Assembly (NCBI GenBank): GCA_951406725.2
Contig: OX597818.1
Location: forward strand, 132,928,001 to 132,992,000
Direction of reading: 5' to 3'
Origin: Octopus vulgaris
Lineage: Eukaryota
DNA length: 64,000 nucleotides
In this document: positions 26,609 to 39,465 of the stretch, piece by piece
Numbering within the stretch: position 1 is the stretch's first letter
Layout: every line of letters starts with the position of its first letter
Notes under the pieces: model-generated
Database searches by the model: none
The model's input: the letters and a program-made list of their open reading frames with translations, nothing else
What the model was told of the DNA's origin: nothing
Translations under genes and position numbers: made by a program

Positions 26609-27106
26609 CTTAGTGCGTAACGTCGTCGGTATCATCATCGTTATCATAAAATATATCAGCGACATTAATTAGTCCTTGTTTTTTTTTTGTTTTGTTATGT
26701 TTCTTTTTCATGTATATTTTTACCAAATCTTTTTATCTAAATTCATTTGTTGAAACAAATATTGTTGTATTGTGGAAAAGGTATTTTGTCAATAAATAAA
26801 AGCATGCAATATCTGTGGCTATCATGTTTTATTCGGTTCTTTATTTTTTCTAATTGGTTATAAGCTACAAAATTATTCATTACATTTCTCTAACCTGCTC
26901 ACAAATGCAGAAAAATCCATGAATAAGTCAAAGAAGTGTGGAGAAAACCGCTGATGTACATTCATTTGCAAATGATTGAAAACAAATGTTTCTATTCCAC
27001 GATAGAACAGAAATATAATTTAGTTTGTCAACTTTCGTTTTTCAGTTCGGTCTGTCACAAAAATTCAGTTGTCTTGTATTTTTGCTTTTTATGTAATATT
27101 TGTAGA

Positions 27107-27432
27107 GTGAAGGCGCGTGGCTTAGTGGTTAGGGCATTCGGCTCACGATTGTAAGGTCGTGAGTTCAATTCCCGGCGACGTGTTGTGTCCTTGAGCAAGA
27201 GACTTTATTTCACGTTGCTCCAGTCCACTCAGCTGGCAAAAATGAGTAGTACCTGTATTTCAATGGGCCGGCCTTGTCACTCTCTGTGTCACACTGAATC
27301 TCCCCGAGAACTACGTTAGGGGTACACGTGCCTGTGGAGTGCTCAGCCACTTGCACGTTAATTTCACGAGCAGGCTGTTCCGTTGATTCGGATCAACCGG
27401 AACCCTCGTCGTCGTAACCGACGGAGTGCTCC
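27107..27432 (+). mobile_element. SINE family E (GTGAAGGCGC head, CORE-like centre, family D tail)
   Basis: 13-bp TSD TAATATTTGTAGA at 27094-27106 and 27433-27445. Confidence 0.92.
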
Positions 27433-27842
27433 TAATATTTGTAGATACCATTAAAGATTTAGTAAAAACATTCTTATAACTTTAAGACAATTAGTACTAT
27501 TAAGACAATTAGTACTATAACTTTAAGACAATTAGTACTATTAGCTCTAAATTTTTTTACTGAATACATTGAAAAAAGGATTGTATGTAAACAAAGTATT
27601 CTTATCAAACAGAACAAAAAAAACATTGCTGAAAATAATCAGATCTTTAAACAGCCAAATACTGAACAAATTTAAGATAAATGAAACCTTGTTCCAACTT
27701 TTAAGTTGTTTGTAAGGTTTTGTCTCGTTGTTATATTGAGATAATCTTAATCTAATATTTTTTACTTCAAGTTGAGAAAATATTAATTAAGAACGGTAAC
27801 ATCAACAACGAATGAACTTAAAATAAATAGGATTAATACTTA

Positions 27843-28249
27843 TACTCTTTACTCTTTTACTCTTTTACTTGTTTCAGTCATTTGATTGCGGCCATGCTGG
27901 AGCACCGCCTTTTTAGTCGAGCAAATCGACCCCGGGACTTATTCTTTGTAAGCCTAGTACTTATTCTATCGGTCTCTTTTGCCGAACCGCTAAGTGACAG
28001 GGACGTAAACACACCAGCATCGGTTGTCAAGTAATGCTAGGGGACAAACACAGACACACAAACATATATATATACATACATATATACGACGGGCTTCTTT
28101 AAGTTTCCGTCTACCAAATCCACTCACAAGGCTTTGGTTGGCCCGAGGCTATAGTTGAAGACACTTGCCCAAGATGCCACGCAGTGGGACTGAACCCGGA
28201 ACCATGTGGTTGGTAAGCAAGCTACTTACCACACAGCCACTCCTGCGCC
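27843..28249 (-). mobile_element. SINE family A
   Basis: Full-length family A sequence. Confidence 0.9.
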
Positions 28250-30828
28250 TATATGTGTATTAGTTTTATACTCTTCTTCATATTGTTTAAAAGTTGTTTA
28301 TTTATTTCCTCCTTTTTATTTATGTATTGATTTTTACTATATTTATGTATAATATGCACCTGGGTATATTAATTATAGGCAATGAAATCCTGGAAAAATA
28401 TCTCTCCTATATAATACGCACTGATTATTTCCTTAATATTACGATGTACGGAAAAGATAGTGTTTAGCGGGTTTTATTAGAAATATACCAAAAGAAACAA
28501 AAGTCAAGCAAATTTTAAAATGAACTTTGAACTTCACTGATGTAAGCTATAAAAATGCACCTCCTGTAAAATCTATACAATGGAAATCATACGACTATGT
28601 TTTCCGATAAAAGAACATATTCTTAAATAAATATGGTTCAATATTTCCACATCTTTTTCATTGATTAATACTTTTACTGATATTCAGTTAATAATTCCTT
28701 TTATTAGCTCAAACTCAAATAATGTTAGAAGAAATTAGTATTGTCCGTTATAGTGACCAAATGCTGCTAGTTGAGTAGAATTTAAAATTTGAATATAGAA
28801 TGTCAAAATAAAAATTCAGTACTTTACTGTTTCTGTTTATCCATCTTAACAATGCTGGTTTTAGACAACACACTTTGCTCAGATTCGCTAAACACCTTAT
28901 TATAAAACACATAAGTCAATACCCTCATATTATATAATTATTAATCATTGAGGATTAAAAAACTGTTCTATGCACTCTAACAAACGTGAATCTATAGACA
29001 TGTCCAGTCAAAACCATTATCAGAAATAAACTTAAAAATTAAAGAAACATCTCACTTCTAACTGTTCATTAATTATATCAATATATTTGTGGAAGAAAAA
29101 CTTATTAATGGTTGACATTTAGTCTAAAATATGTAGCAATTATTGATTTTTATTTAATTTTATTTCATTATTTCTAGATTCATTTAATTTTTTTTACGTG
29201 TTATAATCTTTAAGTTTTAAATTCAATTTAAGACAAATATTTCAGTATATCGTTTGTTAAAGTCCCCAGTATTACCGTTTCATGAAATTCTTTCTGTTTC
29301 ACTCTGAAACGATATATGCAGTCAGAAGATAATTTGTAAGACATCTTTAAATAGCCTGAAATTTTTCAATAATTCCAACTTGTTTATTATAATAAATTGT
29401 ATGATATTGTTATTGAAACTTTCACAGATATTCTTTATACATTATACCAAAATAATTTCCTTTTATTTCCGGATACATTAATATGATTGCTGTAGAGTCA
29501 ATTGTTTATAACAATTAACTGGAGAGAAATTTAAGCATAATATAGGAAGATCACAGTGTGCAATCAAGGGAATCTTCGTGGTATGTTTTATTTCTACATT
29601 GCCTCAACCAGTGCAACTTGCAGAATTACATCATGCTGTTACACTTCCGTCTGCAGTGAAAACCTGATTTTTCCAAAGCCAACTTACTTGTCTTAAACCA
29701 ACAAATTCCTTGCACTGCAAACTTCACATTCAACAAAGAGACAATACCATCATGAATTGAGTATTGTTACATGTATCTTTTAGTAGGAATGGGAGGGAGA
29801 AAAAACCGAATTGCTCTCATTAGAAAATAAATGTTTGGTATTGTGTGATTAAAATATATTGCCATTAACAGAATGTGGCATACTCTGCCATCATGTTTTA
29901 TCTGGCTTATGAATATATTGTAACAATAATTGTATGAATATGTCCAAAAGTTTTAATGACCTGGAAGATGGAATATAATATTGTTTTGTTTTTTATTTCT
30001 TTATTTTTATTTCCTTTTGTTTCAGACAAAGTAATGTCATTGTATTATACTCATTTATAATTGTTTATGCAACTTTTTAATGGAAAATATTTCAGACACA
30101 TTGAATAATAAAAATTTGTTACTGATGGCTTTTCAATTGAACTTCCACCATTCATCAATTATATTAAGATGAATACTTTGATAAGTTTTCCTAATAAGAA
30201 AATAAGCTTGTAATACTTTAACAGAAAGTTGCAGAAGCAATAGTACTGCTGGTATATAATATTCATCCAACGAGACAGAAAATCACCTTACATAAGAGAA
30301 GATATGCTACAGATTGACTCGATCCTAATTTGTTACTTAAAAGGAAGGAGAAGCTTGTCAACCTTGACTTATACAGAATCAATAGTGCTGCCCTTTTGCA
30401 AGAGGAAGGTCGGTTAATTGATATGGGTTGTGACTACAGTTTCTTTGCGATCAGGAAGAACCTATTTGATAAGCCAGATGAGTTGTCATCCAGTATGAAT
30501 GACTTCAACATTAAACTTCTTTATGTGACTTATCTGTAGGTATACTCGACGGCAAGGAAGTCGGTTGACCCATCTTGAAAAGTTGATATATGGCGGCGCT
30601 TCAATAATTTTTCTATCTTCAAAGTTCCTTTCTGTGTAAATTAGGATTAAGCAATTTCTGGTAATTGATGTCTAAAAATGTAGATAGTTCTGAGTTGTTT
30701 ACATCGAATCAATTTTTGTGTTTGCATGCTCTGAAGCCTAGAATATTCCCAGAGATGGTATGTGTATTTTGTCTGAAATTTGATCGTGTATTCATCAGGC
30801 GATAAATTTGCTAGAACTTTACGGAAAG

Positions 30829-33055
30829 ATGCCCCAACACTCCATTCAATAAAAGAAACTCAATCTCTTTTCTATGAGAATCTCAGAAACGCCTTTCTTT
30901 CAGCACTGACTGACGGCTAGAACCCCTATCTGGTGATTTTAATACTTGAGTATATCCTGACTGCAATACATGACCTAGCTGGAGGCGCAATGGCCCAGTG
31001 GTTAGGGCAGCGGACTCGCAGTCGTAGGATTGCGGTTTCGATTCCCAGACCGGGCGTTGTGAGTGTTTATTGAGCGAAAATACCTAAAGCTCCACGAGGC
31101 TCCGGCAGGGGATGGTGGTGATCCCTGCTGTACTCTTTCACCACAACTTTCTCTCACTCTTACTTCCTGTTTCTGTTGTACCTGTATTTCAAAAGGGCCG
31201 GCCTTGTCACTCTCTGTGTCACGCTGAATATCCCCGAGAACTACGTTAAGGGTACACGTGTCTGTGGAGTGCTCAGCCACTTACACGTTAATTTCACGAG
31301 CAGGCTGTTCCGTTGATCGGATCAACCGGAACCCTCGTCGTCGTAACCGACGGAGTGCTTCCAAAAAAAAAACATGACCTAGCTGAGGATGTTTCTACAA
31401 AGGTAAAAATGTGTACTAGTGATCATCGTTTGCAGCAGCTATGTCTTGAACCTGGTCTTGTGGCGGGAAATACACTGTTTCATCAGAAACTCAAGCATAA
31501 TGTTCCTACACCCATTTCCGATTCAAATATGATCATCGTACTGACTTCATAATAGACAAACGCGGCAGTTATGAACTACGTCATGTTAAAGTATTGCGTG
31601 GGGTCACATGTTGACCGGATTACTGGCTTGTACGAACGAAGTTCACAATAACTGATATGAAGGTCCCAAATCAGTTACAATACCGACAAACCTTGCAATA
31701 TCAGCATCTTTCCGTAAAATTCTAGCAAATTTATCGCCTGATGAATACACGATCAAATTTCAGACAAAATACACATACCATCTCTGGGAATATTCTAGGC
31801 TTCAGAGCATGCAAACACAAAAATTGATTCGATGTAAACAACTCAGAACTATCTACATTTTTAGACATCAAGTACAAGAAATTGCTTAATCCTAATTTAC
31901 ATAGAAAGGAAGTTCGAAGATAGATAAATTATTGAAGCGCCGCCATATATCAACTTTTAAAGATGGGTCAACCGACCTCCTTGCCGTCGAGTATACCTAC
32001 AGATATGCAATTGGCCTTTGGCGAAAAATACCTTCCAAAACACGTACAACTTGTTAAACCGAATATTTGGTCCTCACCGATCACCTACTATTTCTCACTG
32101 TTCTAGAGACGGATCCAGCGATACTGAAAGTTTCAGAGCATTTTGCATGTCTTTTTTATAATCCAATCCATCCACAATAGTATGACAGGCATAGGAAATG
32201 TAACGCAGCACCATATCAAAGAGATGGATACTTGCCCTACTACAGAGGAAGCCAAAAGTGTCGTTAAACAGATGAATTCAGGCAATTGCAGAAGTGCAGA
32301 GAGATTTCGTTAATCTAACGAAAACTTTTGACGCAATGAATGAAAACGCTAATTGGCAAGTCGGAACCTACGTTTGTTGAAATGTATATCTAGAAAGCCT
32401 ACTCCCATACAAATAGTGCTAACTCTAGTGCATAATGATATTAAACAGAGAGATATAGTTTTGTTTTCCATATTCTTTGTAGCTGTGATTGGTCATGAAT
32501 TTAAGGGAAGTATTGTAGGCACAGACAAATTGTATAATCTAAATTGTTTCCTACCTAAATCAAAGAGATTTTTTTACTCTTAGAAGCTATTTGTCGCGTA
32601 CTGTCGATTATGATTTTATGGCTTACATAAAACAAAGTATACAGAAAATAATGAATCTCTTCTCCCGTGCTTGTCATGACTATCTTTTGAACATATAATA
32701 AGCCTAAAGAAAATTAAAGTAATGTTTAAACCTATTTCAGAAGAGACATGTGTGAAACCAAACATAGTTAAATATAGAACCAGACTTGATGTAGCGGATT
32801 CTTTTGTGTATCTTGGCAGCTCTTTCTCTGATGATGGACATTTAGATTTTAAAATCAACTTGAGAATTGAGAGGGCTGCGGTTAGCTTTGGAACACTATA
32901 GAAACGAATCTGGTCAGACAGGAACTTAAAACTGTCCACCGAGTTTTGCATCTATGATGCTTGCTTTTCACATCTCTGCTATATTTAACAGAGAAATAGA
33001 CACTGTATCAACAATACATCAAAGTATTCTAGAGATTTCACCAGAAGTGCTGAAA
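30829..33055 (+). mobile_element. Decayed RTE-clade LINE (APE endonuclease and RT remnants)
   Basis: APTLHS..FYENLR; GDFN; QLCLEPGLVAGNTLFHQK; VKVLRGVTC*PDYWLVRTK; FVYLGSSFSDDGHLDFKINLRIERAAVSFGTL. Confidence 0.85.
30981..31371 (+). mobile_element. SINE family D, full length with poly-A
   Basis: 13-bp TSD ACATGACCTAGCT at 30968-30980 and 31372-31384. Confidence 0.95.
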
Positions 33056-33501
33056 ATGTTCCAACTGTTTAACATTAAATAAATATGATGTTCCTGTTTC
33101 GCATCCGTACATCCATGCAAATAAAAAATTTGCATGTTCTGAAAATATTTTTTCTGTCAATTTTGATATATCGTTCTGCCTAAAGTGGAAATTTTAGCTA
33201 TTCAAAAGATATATATAACTTCAGAATTCTATTTTCAGTTTTGTCCTTAATATTGGCATTCCTGTTTAGCTTGTTGCCAACGTGAGAAAGAGGAAGAGTT
33301 TTAACAAGACTATGAGACCAGGCCGCATGCCAATATAATTTTATCTTTAATAGCTTGAAAATCTTCGTTGTGTGCAACGATATCAGTCATAAGTGTACAA
33401 GTGCTTATCAGAAATATAAATGTAATTTAGAAATGCATACATACACGCGGACAGATAGACAGACTGACAGATAGCTAGACAGATGCTATGTTGATGTCAT
33501 A

Positions 33502-33925
33502 CTTGTCGTCGTCGACTTACGACCACAATTATTTCCGACTGAGTGGTCGTAAGTCGATATGGTCGTATAGGCCTACATATACATTCTTAAGGCACATTCT
33601 CAAATCACATACAGCATTCTGTATAATGCTATTATACTGGTGTTAGTCAAAAATTTCAGAATCTCAAGCAGTCGTCTTATAAACAAATACGAGGATGCCT
33701 CGATGTCTCCGCGACAGGATAGTCATCCAACATAGTGGCGATCGATAACCAAACCTAGGGGAAGCGCTTGTTAGCTGTCATCATCCGTAGACGGGTTAAT
33801 TTCTAAGAAATTAAGCCCATTAGATTCAACTGGACTATTCATTATTGCTGCCGAAAGCTGGCGCGCCGATCGTCGTAAAGTCGATCGGTCGTACGTTGGA
33901 TAGGTCGTAAGTCGACGATGATCTG
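33502..33925. mobile_element. Tigger/pogo-like MITE
   Basis: TIRs sharing TCGTCGACTTACGACC / GGTCGTAAGTCGACGA, subterminal GGTCGTA repeats, TA flanks. Confidence 0.8.
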
Positions 33926-35352
33926 TATGTATCCCTTACTCGTAGACTATCATTTTACTACACACAAAAGTTTGAGTTTTAGCTGTGAAACTAAATATAA
34001 TTTTATATTGTGATAGCTAACTCAAAAGGTCAAGGAAATAATGGAAAATGAAGCAAAATTTTAAATGAACAACAACCTGGGTGTTTCTGTGCACATGTAT
34101 GAATGTGTTTTTGTACCTGTGTTAGTAATTTTTACGAAAAGAACGGCCATATTGATGTCATCCGCAGCTACAATTATCATGTATTTGTTTTAGACTAAAA
34201 CACCCGGAAATCTTGTTGAAGTACATCTATTCAAGATCAGGTTACTTCATTTCCCATTGCAAATAGACAGAGCATGACATAAAATACCTTTTTAGCTTTG
34301 TAAAGCAAAATTTCAACATTTATATAACTATAACAAAAAGAAAACTCAAGCCTGGGAAAAAGTAAAAATAGCGAAAAAAGCTAAGATTGCAATCATGAGG
34401 GAAATGTCTTTTTATAAAATAAATACAGAAGAAACAAAAGAAATACAAAGATAATTTTGATTTTATTCATTTTATCTCAAAGGATACATCTTAAGATTAA
34501 ATTTTCTTTTCCTTTCAAATTATCTATTTTATTTCGTTTTATTTTTATAGATTTGTTTATGCTATTTTTTTTTCATTCAATTTCTTTGTTATTTTCTATT
34601 TTGGATTGGTGTTGACATTCGTACTCAATTTTTCATTTCTTGATTTGTATATTGCGCTATTAGTTTTAAAAAAAATATATTATGTTTTTGTCTTGAAACG
34701 ACTCAAAGATAAATAAAACGAAAAACGATAAGTAAAAAATAAAAAAAATAAACAAAACAAATATGTACAAATGAATAATAATATATCCCTGTATTCATGT
34801 TAATATACATAATTATCGACATATTTAGAAATGTCAGAGCATATAGTTTTGAGTGTAAATATATATAAAACGACAGTGAATTTCAATGGCAGAATGTCAC
34901 TAGCCTACACATCTATCAAAGTAAACCAACAAGCAAACATTTTCATTAAAGAATGTATACATTCACTTTGAAGCATACACGATCGTATATGCAAAATATA
35001 AGCGTCCAGGTATATGCGTATTTATGTACACATACGCATAAGATTAAAGGAGAAAATAGGCAAAAAATGCATTTAAGAAAACCAACTGCATAGAATTCTC
35101 CAAAAGATAGAGAAAATATATATATACTACTATTAAAGAATTCTTTGTGATTCATTATGTAACGATGATTAAGCACAAGGCTTATCGTTCATCTACAAGT
35201 GTACCATGATCGCCTCATTAGTATTTTACCATTAATTAGAGATACCATGGTGACGGCGTGTTTTGTTAGCAAAATAAACGTGGACAGGTTTCAATGCCCT
35301 GCCGAAATCAATAATCAATACACTTAATTTAATAAAAATGCTCAGTGGAAAA

Positions 35353-35602
35353 TATAAATTTGGTGGTATATAGTTGTCTAAGAAATGGCCATTCCTTTAC
35401 AAACTCGTTGCTTATTTTTACTCCCACCATTTTTGTGTTCATTGTTAGTTTTATATAGACATTTTTGACGTACCGTTTTCAACGGGAACAAACACGAAAT
35501 CTCTAGTAGTGGCAGTAACGATGGAATGTTACTATTTTTTTTCAGTTTCTCGACGATGTTTACATCGTTAATGTTCATCAGCGTCAAATATACGCACATA
35601 CT

Positions 35603-35695
<93 letters not shown>

Positions 35696-36152
35696 GTGTG
35701 TGTGTGTGTGTGCATGCGCCTAAGCGTGCGCAAGTTTCTCGTGTCCCAGAGTTTCAGTTTCTCCTGTCGAAGGAAATATCAGCTGGAGGAATTTCAAACG
35801 GTTCTCTATTTGCTAGAGCAGTGGTTTTCAACCAGGGTTCCGCGGAACCTTAGGGTTCCGCCAGTACAGTCCAGGGGTTCTGCAAGAAGTTACAAAACTG
35901 CTAAAATCGGCAGTAATTTTTAATTCTCCTGTGCAGATATGTGTGCATAAGACTATTAAATTATTTCACAGGGGTTCCTCGAGCCAGTGGAATGTTTCCT
36001 TGGGGTTCCGCTCCAGCAAAAAGTTTGAAAAGCACCGTGCTAGAGAATGACCCACACATTTTGCTTCCTGAACTATTCTCTGAAGCTCATATAAAAATGA
36101 GTTTGTAAAGGAATTGCCATTTCTTAGACAACTATATACCACCAAGTTTATA
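35353..36152. mobile_element. 800-bp non-autonomous TIR element with 54-bp inverted termini
   Basis: 35353-35406 versus the reverse complement of 36099-36152: 52/54 identical. Confidence 0.8.
35819..36037. mobile_element. hAT (Charlie-type) MITE
   Basis: CAGTGGTTTTCAA...TTGAAAAGCACCG termini, 8-bp TSD TGCTAGAG, internal GGGTTCC repeats. Confidence 0.9.
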
Positions 36153-36376
36153 CAATGAAATTGTAACGGACTGTCTCTTGACTTAGTCTCGAGATCAACC
36201 TTCTTAACTAATCCGAAGAAGGTTGATCCTTAATGCCTGTTCAAATGTTACTGAGATCAGCCCTTGTTGTCTACATCCACTTGCTTCACCATTGGGGTCT
36301 TAGAAGTCGACGGTCATGTTCGCTTTGTATTTTCTTTGACCTTTAGATTCTCATCGACCACTGTGGATGGCACTGA

Positions 36377-36497
36377 CAGGTTCGAAATTTCCCCAAGACA
36401 CCTGATGAAGGCTGGAGGGTATATCAGCCGAAACGTTGTATTAACAACAAACAAGATGATGACAAATATCCGTCAAATGTAAATAATGTAAATAATT
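36377..36497 (+). mobile_element. Solo Penelope pseudo-LTR fragment containing a hammerhead ribozyme (36398-36441)
   Basis: ACAC-CTGATGA-A-GGCTG-loop-CAGCC-GAAA-CGTT-GTAT; homologous to 23520-23640. Confidence 0.8.
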
Positions 36498-36949
36498 CTT
36501 TATGCAGTTCGGCTTGTATAATAAGTATCTTTGTACGTACAAATGTATTTATTCATATTATGGATGCATGTGAGCGTGTGTGTGTATTTGATTGTGTGTT
36601 TGTGTTTCTACGTAAATATCCCATCTCTAAGTGCTCAATACATAACGTGTTAGAAATGTATAGTGTTTATTGTATGTTGGTAAACTGGATCATTTCTTCA
36701 TACCTAAATATTTTGTGCTGTTGGCTAACATTAACAACATGCACCGGTAAATCTGAAACAATGAAATGGGATAGTGCTCAAGTTATATAAAAATGTTCAG
36801 CCGCAATGCGGGTAGCCACCGGCAATACCAACGAGAAGAACCTATATGAAACTGCTACGGCAGGCAAATTGTATGAAAGAAGTTAAGAAGATGATTAAAG
36901 ATGATTACTATTGTAATTGGTATGCTTTCCTTTTGTATGCTTGCTTTTA

Positions 36950-37101
36950 TACAGCAATGTTTTCTGCTTTTGTAATGTGCTGCTAGACTGCTTTCAATAA
37001 TATATGCTTAAATACACTTAAAACTTTTTTTCCTGAATTTGACCTGCTGAAATGAGAGTGCGTCTAATATGCCAGTGCGTCTAATATGCCGTCAAATACA
37101 G
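36950..37101. mobile_element. pogo/mariner-type terminus remnant
   Basis: Duplicated GTGCGTCTAATATGCC then GTCAAATACAG-TA; the other end was not found. Confidence 0.5.
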
Positions 37102-37707
37102 TATATTATACCAAATTGTTGTGTCCTCGACCCTTAGAATACGTTCAAAACTTGCTTACATCAACATAAAGACTCGTTCTTCCACTGCCACATGGAAAAC
37201 CGCAGCACAATGCAAAAGCGTTATCAATCACAGGAAGCGGGAATGCAAAAGCACAGTACATGATCATAGACAGAGTATCACCACGCAAAACTGATTCAAT
37301 GTCTACGATCCCTACTTCACAAAGATACTCTACATTGTCCGTCACCTTACCAATTCTAAATAAAAGATTTGAGCTCATCTCAACTTGACGCCATGTATTA
37401 ACTTGAAAGTAGATTCACTCTCAGATACTTTATGAAAGCAACAAACACCACCGCCAGCACAACCAATACTATAACCAACAACGTTTACAACTACACCACA
37501 AGCAATACAAACAGCTATGTGGTTGGTTAATTCTGAAGCAAAACTACTAACTGTTACCTGTCAAAAAGAACGGACGTCATTGATAAAATCTTTATTATGG
37601 GCACGAAGGCCCGAATTAAGAGGGGACATTACAACAGACATGGGGTTCATATAACAACAAAAAAATCGAAAAATATGAAATGAAAATGAATTATTTATAA
37701 TGAATTA

Positions 37708-38115
37708 GGCGCAGGAGTGGCTGTGTGGTAAGTAGCTTGCTAACCAGCCACATGGTTCCGGGTTCAGTCCCATTGCGTGGCATCTTGGGCAAGTGTCTTC
37801 TGCTATAGCCCCGGGCCGACCAATGCCTTGCGAGTGGATTTGGTAGACGGAAACTGAAAGAAGCCTGTCGTATATATGTATATATATATGCGTGTGCGTG
37901 TTTGTGTGTCTGTGTTTGTCCCCCTAGCATTGCTTGACAACCGATGCTGGTGTGTTTACGTCCCCGTCACCTAGCGGTTCGGCAAAAGAGACCGATAGAA
38001 TAAGTACTGGGCTCACAAAGAATAAGTCCCGGGGTCGAGTTGCTCGACTAAAGGCGGTGCTCCAGCATGGCCGCAGTCAAATGACTGAAACAAGTAAAAG
38101 AGAGAGTAAAAGAGA
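37708..38115 (+). mobile_element. SINE family A
   Basis: Full-length family A sequence. Confidence 0.9.
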
Positions 38116-38343
38116 ATTAAATGGAATGGCTTTCGAGCCCCCCAAAACTCGCAGTTTCATTTAAACGGACGTCATTGATAACACTTCCAATCACAACTTT
38201 TCACCGACACATATGACAAATAAAAAGGCCTCATTGTCATATTTCGTTATTTTAGACTTACCAGTCAGTACAGTTGACCAATGTCAGCAGCACAAAACTT
38301 TTACGTCTCAAGAAGTAATCTACTTTACTTATATATCAGTTCA

Positions 38344-38620
38344 GTGAAGGCGCATGGCTTAGTGGTTAGGGCATTCGGCTGACGATTGTAAGGTCGTGAG
38401 TTCGATTCCCGGCGATGCGTTGTGTCCTTGAGCAAGACACTTTATTTCACGTTGCTCCAGTCCATTCAGCTGGCAAAAATGAGTTGTACCTGTATTTCAA
38501 AGGGCCGGCCTTGTCACACTCTGTGTCACGCTGAATCTCCCTGAGAACTACGTTAAGGGTACTCGTGTCTGTGGAGTGCTCAGCCACTTACACGTTAATT
38601 TCACGAGCAGGCTGTTCCGT
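38344..38620 (+). mobile_element. SINE family E, 3'-truncated but TSD-flanked
   Basis: TSD TATATCAGTTCA at 38332-38343 and 38621-38632. Confidence 0.9.
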
Positions 38621-39109
38621 TATATCAGTTCATTCCTTACTAAGAATCGAATTCTACACCGTTTGACTCATAATATTATTGTTATGCTACTTACGAAAAA
38701 ATGACTTGTAACTGAACCTGACGTTTGACTAATCAACAAATTGCTCCTTTTATCTGCATTTCATTTTTTCCACTGTTTCCTATTATAACAGCTTTCGTGT
38801 CATCTGACTCGTTTGAGTCTATTGTTACTATGTAATCTTTAAGTCAACAAACCAGCGCTTACCGACGACTGACATCAGCATATAACACTCTTTCTCTTGC
38901 ATGCCTGCATAATTTCATATTATAAAAGAGAAGCGGATCTCCCTCTGTTTGTCCGTCACGACATCTATTAGAGAGAGGGAAAGAAGGGGAGGAATCAAAA
39001 TATACGTCACAATGTGTTTTAGATAGAGGGGAGGAGAAAAAGTTATTGTTGAGAGAGAAATACAGTGAGAGAGAGAGAGAATGTGTGTGTGAAGGACAGA
39101 CAGACAGAC

Positions 39110-39142
<33 letters not shown>

Positions 39143-39429
39143 CAAGACGTAAATATTGTTGTCACTATAGTAATTAACATATTTTGATTAAAAAGAGGTA
39201 ATTTTAAGTACAAGTCTGCCAACACAACGCAACAGAGCTTAAAAAAGACTGTTATTAATTATATAACATACATATTTTTGTTGTGTGTGTATGTGTGTGT
39301 GTGTGTGGATTGGTGTGTGTGTATTTCTGTATGTGCCTGTGTGTTTCTGTTTGTCTTTCAACATAGATACAACGCAATGCAACGCGGTTTCAAAACAAGA
39401 CTTTTACCGTCGGGGAGTGGTGTTTGTGG

Positions 39430-39465
<36 letters not shown>

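Noticed and set aside
27481-27542. Short tandem triplications (also 56747-56790)
   Set aside because: Ordinary slippage duplications.
30981-31060. tRNA gene calls for SINE heads (also 27107, 38344, 8000-8076)
   Set aside because: They are 5' heads of TSD-flanked SINEs with broken acceptor stems.
37145-37560. Possible minus-strand exon (acceptor near 37558, donor near 37152, 77-aa ORF)
   Set aside because: No recognisable protein, and the plus strand shows weak LINE-like remnants. Not supportable without RNA data.
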